Notes under the pieces: model-generated
Database searches by the model: none
Told to the model about the DNA's origin: nothing
Seen by the model: only the letters and a program-made list of their open reading frames with translations
Program-made: the position numbers and the translations under genes
Source of the DNA: Basidiobolus meristosporus CBS 931.73
Taxonomy: Eukaryota > Fungi > Basidiobolomycota
NCBI GenBank assembly: GCA_002104905.1
Contig: MCFE01000123.1
Span: forward strand, 62,001 to 126,000
Length of the DNA stretch: 64,000 nt
Direction of reading: 5' to 3'
Shown here: one piece after another, positions 61,572 through 64,000 of the stretch
Position numbering within the stretch: position 1 is the stretch's first letter
Layout of the letters: every line of letters begins with the position of its first letter

Positions 61572-63042
61572 TTAGTTACCGGTTCCGGTTCCGGGCCAGA
61601 ACACTCTGCATGTGTTTCGATAGACGATCTCTGCAACCTCCTGCACATCTCGGGAGTGCACACCGGCTATCACCTCCAACACTTGCCTGTTCGATAGTAA
61701 TTAGCATTTTTTGATCAGCACCAGGGTGGTAGGGGGGGGGGTTACCGTAAGGTACAGGGCTCGTTTCGGCTTTTCACCATCAAACCCAACTCGAAGCGTT
61801 CCTTCTTCTTGGATTCAAACAACAATTCCGGTTTGTCTTTGATGTATTTGTAGCTGGCATGGGTTGGTCGAATGTCACACCAAGGGGCATCTATGTGAGT
61901 TCAAATGAGTTGTAGGTTGGGCTGTGGCCTGGAAGAAGATGGTGCGTATACCAGTCTCGATCATCATGCGCTCAATTGGAATCGATGCCACCACACTGAG
62001 ATTCTCCTCGGTTTTCAATGAGCATCCATTAATCCCAATAAAAAGATCCAAGTCCAACAGCTCTTTCGCCTCGTCGCTGGTTCCGGTGAACGAATGAACC
62101 ACCCCCTGGGTAAACCGACCCCGATTCTCCCTGATCATCTGTGGACTGTTGTGAAGATTAATAACCTGCGCGCAACTCCAATCATAACCACATTATATGC
62201 TAAAGGATATTGGCAAAGTCGCCATCAGTGTTTCGATTGTGAAGGAACATCGGGAGTTTGGTGGTCTCCGCCAGTTGGAATTGCTTCTCGAAATACCTAT
62301 TGGATTTAGTGTTAATGTGGGTTTTCTCAAACCAAAGATTCCGTGGCAACATACTTGAGCTGGGTCTCTTTATCGCAGAACTGTAGTCTGTCGTAATCTA
62401 CACTCCTGTGAGTAATTGCTGGCTTGCCGGTCTCGAGCTCACGTTTCCTTACCTAGACCACATTCGCCAATGGCAACTACTTTGTTCTGATCATTAAGGG
62501 CAATCTTCGATAGCTCCTCATAATATACTTCGGGTGAGGCTGAAATAGAGGTATCCTCAAACTCGGAACAACGAGTAGGATGGCAGCCAACAGTCGAGTA
62601 CAAATAATCTACGTAGTGAGGGGGGCTAAGTAAAAGAAGTATCTTGTCTTTGCTGAATCATAGCCAACCTCTGCTTCTGGCCAATTCAAGGGCTTCTTTG
62701 CTCTCAGATAAAGAGCCACCAGTAATCAGCATGCGCTCCACACCTGCATCGAGAGCCCTCTTCAGGACGTACTCTAAATCATCTAAGCGGGCCAGCAAAA
62801 GTGGATGTCAGCATTTTCACCGGTTTCTTGAATCCCAATGAGTACCTTCATGGACTTTTTTGCCTCGATAGTCCCCCCGGAACATAGGGTCAGTCAGGTT
62901 AAGGCCGATGTCTTGGGATGATAAGCATAAGTAATAGCGGGTACGCAGAGCAGATGGGACCCTTACCAATGAGCTTCATGTTGGGAGTGTACACAACTGA
63001 GGAGTACCTTTGCCTGAAAGAAATGGCCAGCTTACTCAACAT
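61572..63042 (-). CDS. TATDN1: TatD family DNase (TATDN1-like), multi-exon
   Basis: [43 protein letters not shown] and MIETD; GT-AG introns. Confidence 0.9.
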
Positions 63043-63221
63043 GGGTGGAAAATTTCCTTGGAAACCAATAGAATCGATCAATGAAGCGCAATCGTTGCTG
63101 AATTATTGTTGGAATGATCTAATGCTTTATAAATATATGTATAAGTGGAAACAGTGGCAAAATGCTGGATGAATATATATATATATATAACGTGAGGAAG
63201 GGGATTGAAATTGATTAAAAA

Positions 63222-64000
63222 CTAGTAAGCAGCCTTCTCATCGTCTACAAGCACAATGTTGGGCTTCATCGTCCTTCTCTTGATAAGCTTGTAGAGCTCG
63301 GAGGCAGCCAAGAAGATGAGGACCGAAACGCCGACGACGGCCCACTCCCAAGTAAGATATTGGTGCTTGAAGATGGAGGTGTTGACGTATGGGATGTACA
63401 AGACTGGGATCAACAAGCCACATCCAAGGAAGATTGACCAGAACAGCGGGCGGTTGGAGTAGTAGTTGCGGATGCCGGGGGGTAGCCATTGGGGCTCACG
63501 AAGGCTGCGGCAGTTGTAAGCATGCAATAGAATCAACAGAGTGAGGCAGGAGAAAGCAGCACCACGGGCACGGAAGACCAGGTCACAGGCGTCGGAGTAG
63601 GCAGAGTTGCAATCGTGGCCCAGGTTTCCGTCACCGAAACCGAAGACCACGAGGACGAAGTTCAACAGAGAGAGGCCGCCCATCAAAGTACCGTATACGA
63701 GGATGTCGGAAATAATCTCCAAGGTGAAGATTCCGCTGGTGGGTGAACGAGGAGGCATGCGCATCGTCAAAGGATTGTTAGGCTCCAATCCCAAGGCCAT
63801 GGCTGGAGGAGAGCTGGTAACCATGTTCAGGAAGAGAATCTGAACTGGTGACATGGGATACACGGTAAGTCCACTACTATCAGCAAAGCAAAGACCAATG
63901 ACCAAGGCAATCACCTCGGACACGTTGCCGGACATCAGGTGGAGGACAAACTTCTGAATGTTGGCGAAGATTCGACGACCCTCCTCAACGGCCCTAACAA
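63222..64000 (-). CDS. ENA1: P-type IID (ENA) Na+/K+ ATPase, C-terminal part (runs off the window)
   Basis: EEGRRIFANIQKFVLHLMSGNVSE, NMVTSSPPAMALGLE, VFRARGAAF, YLTWEW. Confidence 0.9.
   Translation of the reverse strand, partial: VRAVEEGRRIFANIQKFVLHLMSGNVSEVIALVIGLCFADSSGLTVYPMSPVQILFLNMVTSSPPAMALGLEPNNPLTMRMPPRSPTSGIFTLEIISDILVYGTLMGGLSLLNFVLVVFGFGDGNLGHDCNSAYSDACDLVFRARGAAFSCLTLLILLHAYNCRSLREPQWLPPGIRNYYSNRPLFWSIFLGCGLLIPVLYIPYVNTSIFKHQYLTWEWAVVGVSVLIFLAASELYKLIKRRTMKPNIVLVDDEKAAY

Overview
Eukaryotic genomic DNA, most likely from a fungus and probably an early-diverging lineage (inferred from the 18S fragment, the short GT-AG introns with CTAAC branch points, and the gene set). The window has two sharply separated compartments. 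(1) About 1-46.3 kb is a nested transposon block that is almost devoid of CpG. It holds a PIF/Harbinger/ISL2EU-type (PHIS) DNA transposon at the left edge with an intact, CpG-free transposase and a divergent orphan ORF, two of its non-autonomous derivatives (one a 732-bp foldback), a shattered CACTA transposase forming the oldest layer, many Ty1/copia copies (families A and B, one with a full 1305-aa ORF), a Ty3/gypsy element (family D), solo LTRs with TSDs, and a 610-bp 18S rDNA fragment lodged inside an LTR. (2) About 46.3-64 kb is CpG-normal and gene-dense: an intronless bacterial-type imine reductase, GLE1, PI31, a GH9 with an altered catalytic-base motif, a Tsp2-like tetraspanin, an alpha-arrestin, PHO88, a small secreted propeptide, an MRH4-like helicase, TatD and the 3' end of an ENA P-type ATPase. 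The best candidate for an undescribed system is the PHIS family, which combines a methylation-proof transposase, an orphan partner gene and a foldback MITE. The variant GH9, the imine reductase and the CpG-centred target sites of LTR family C are the next most interesting. TE family labels A-D are my own working names. All counts and alignments were done by eye and coordinates of multi-exon genes are approximate.
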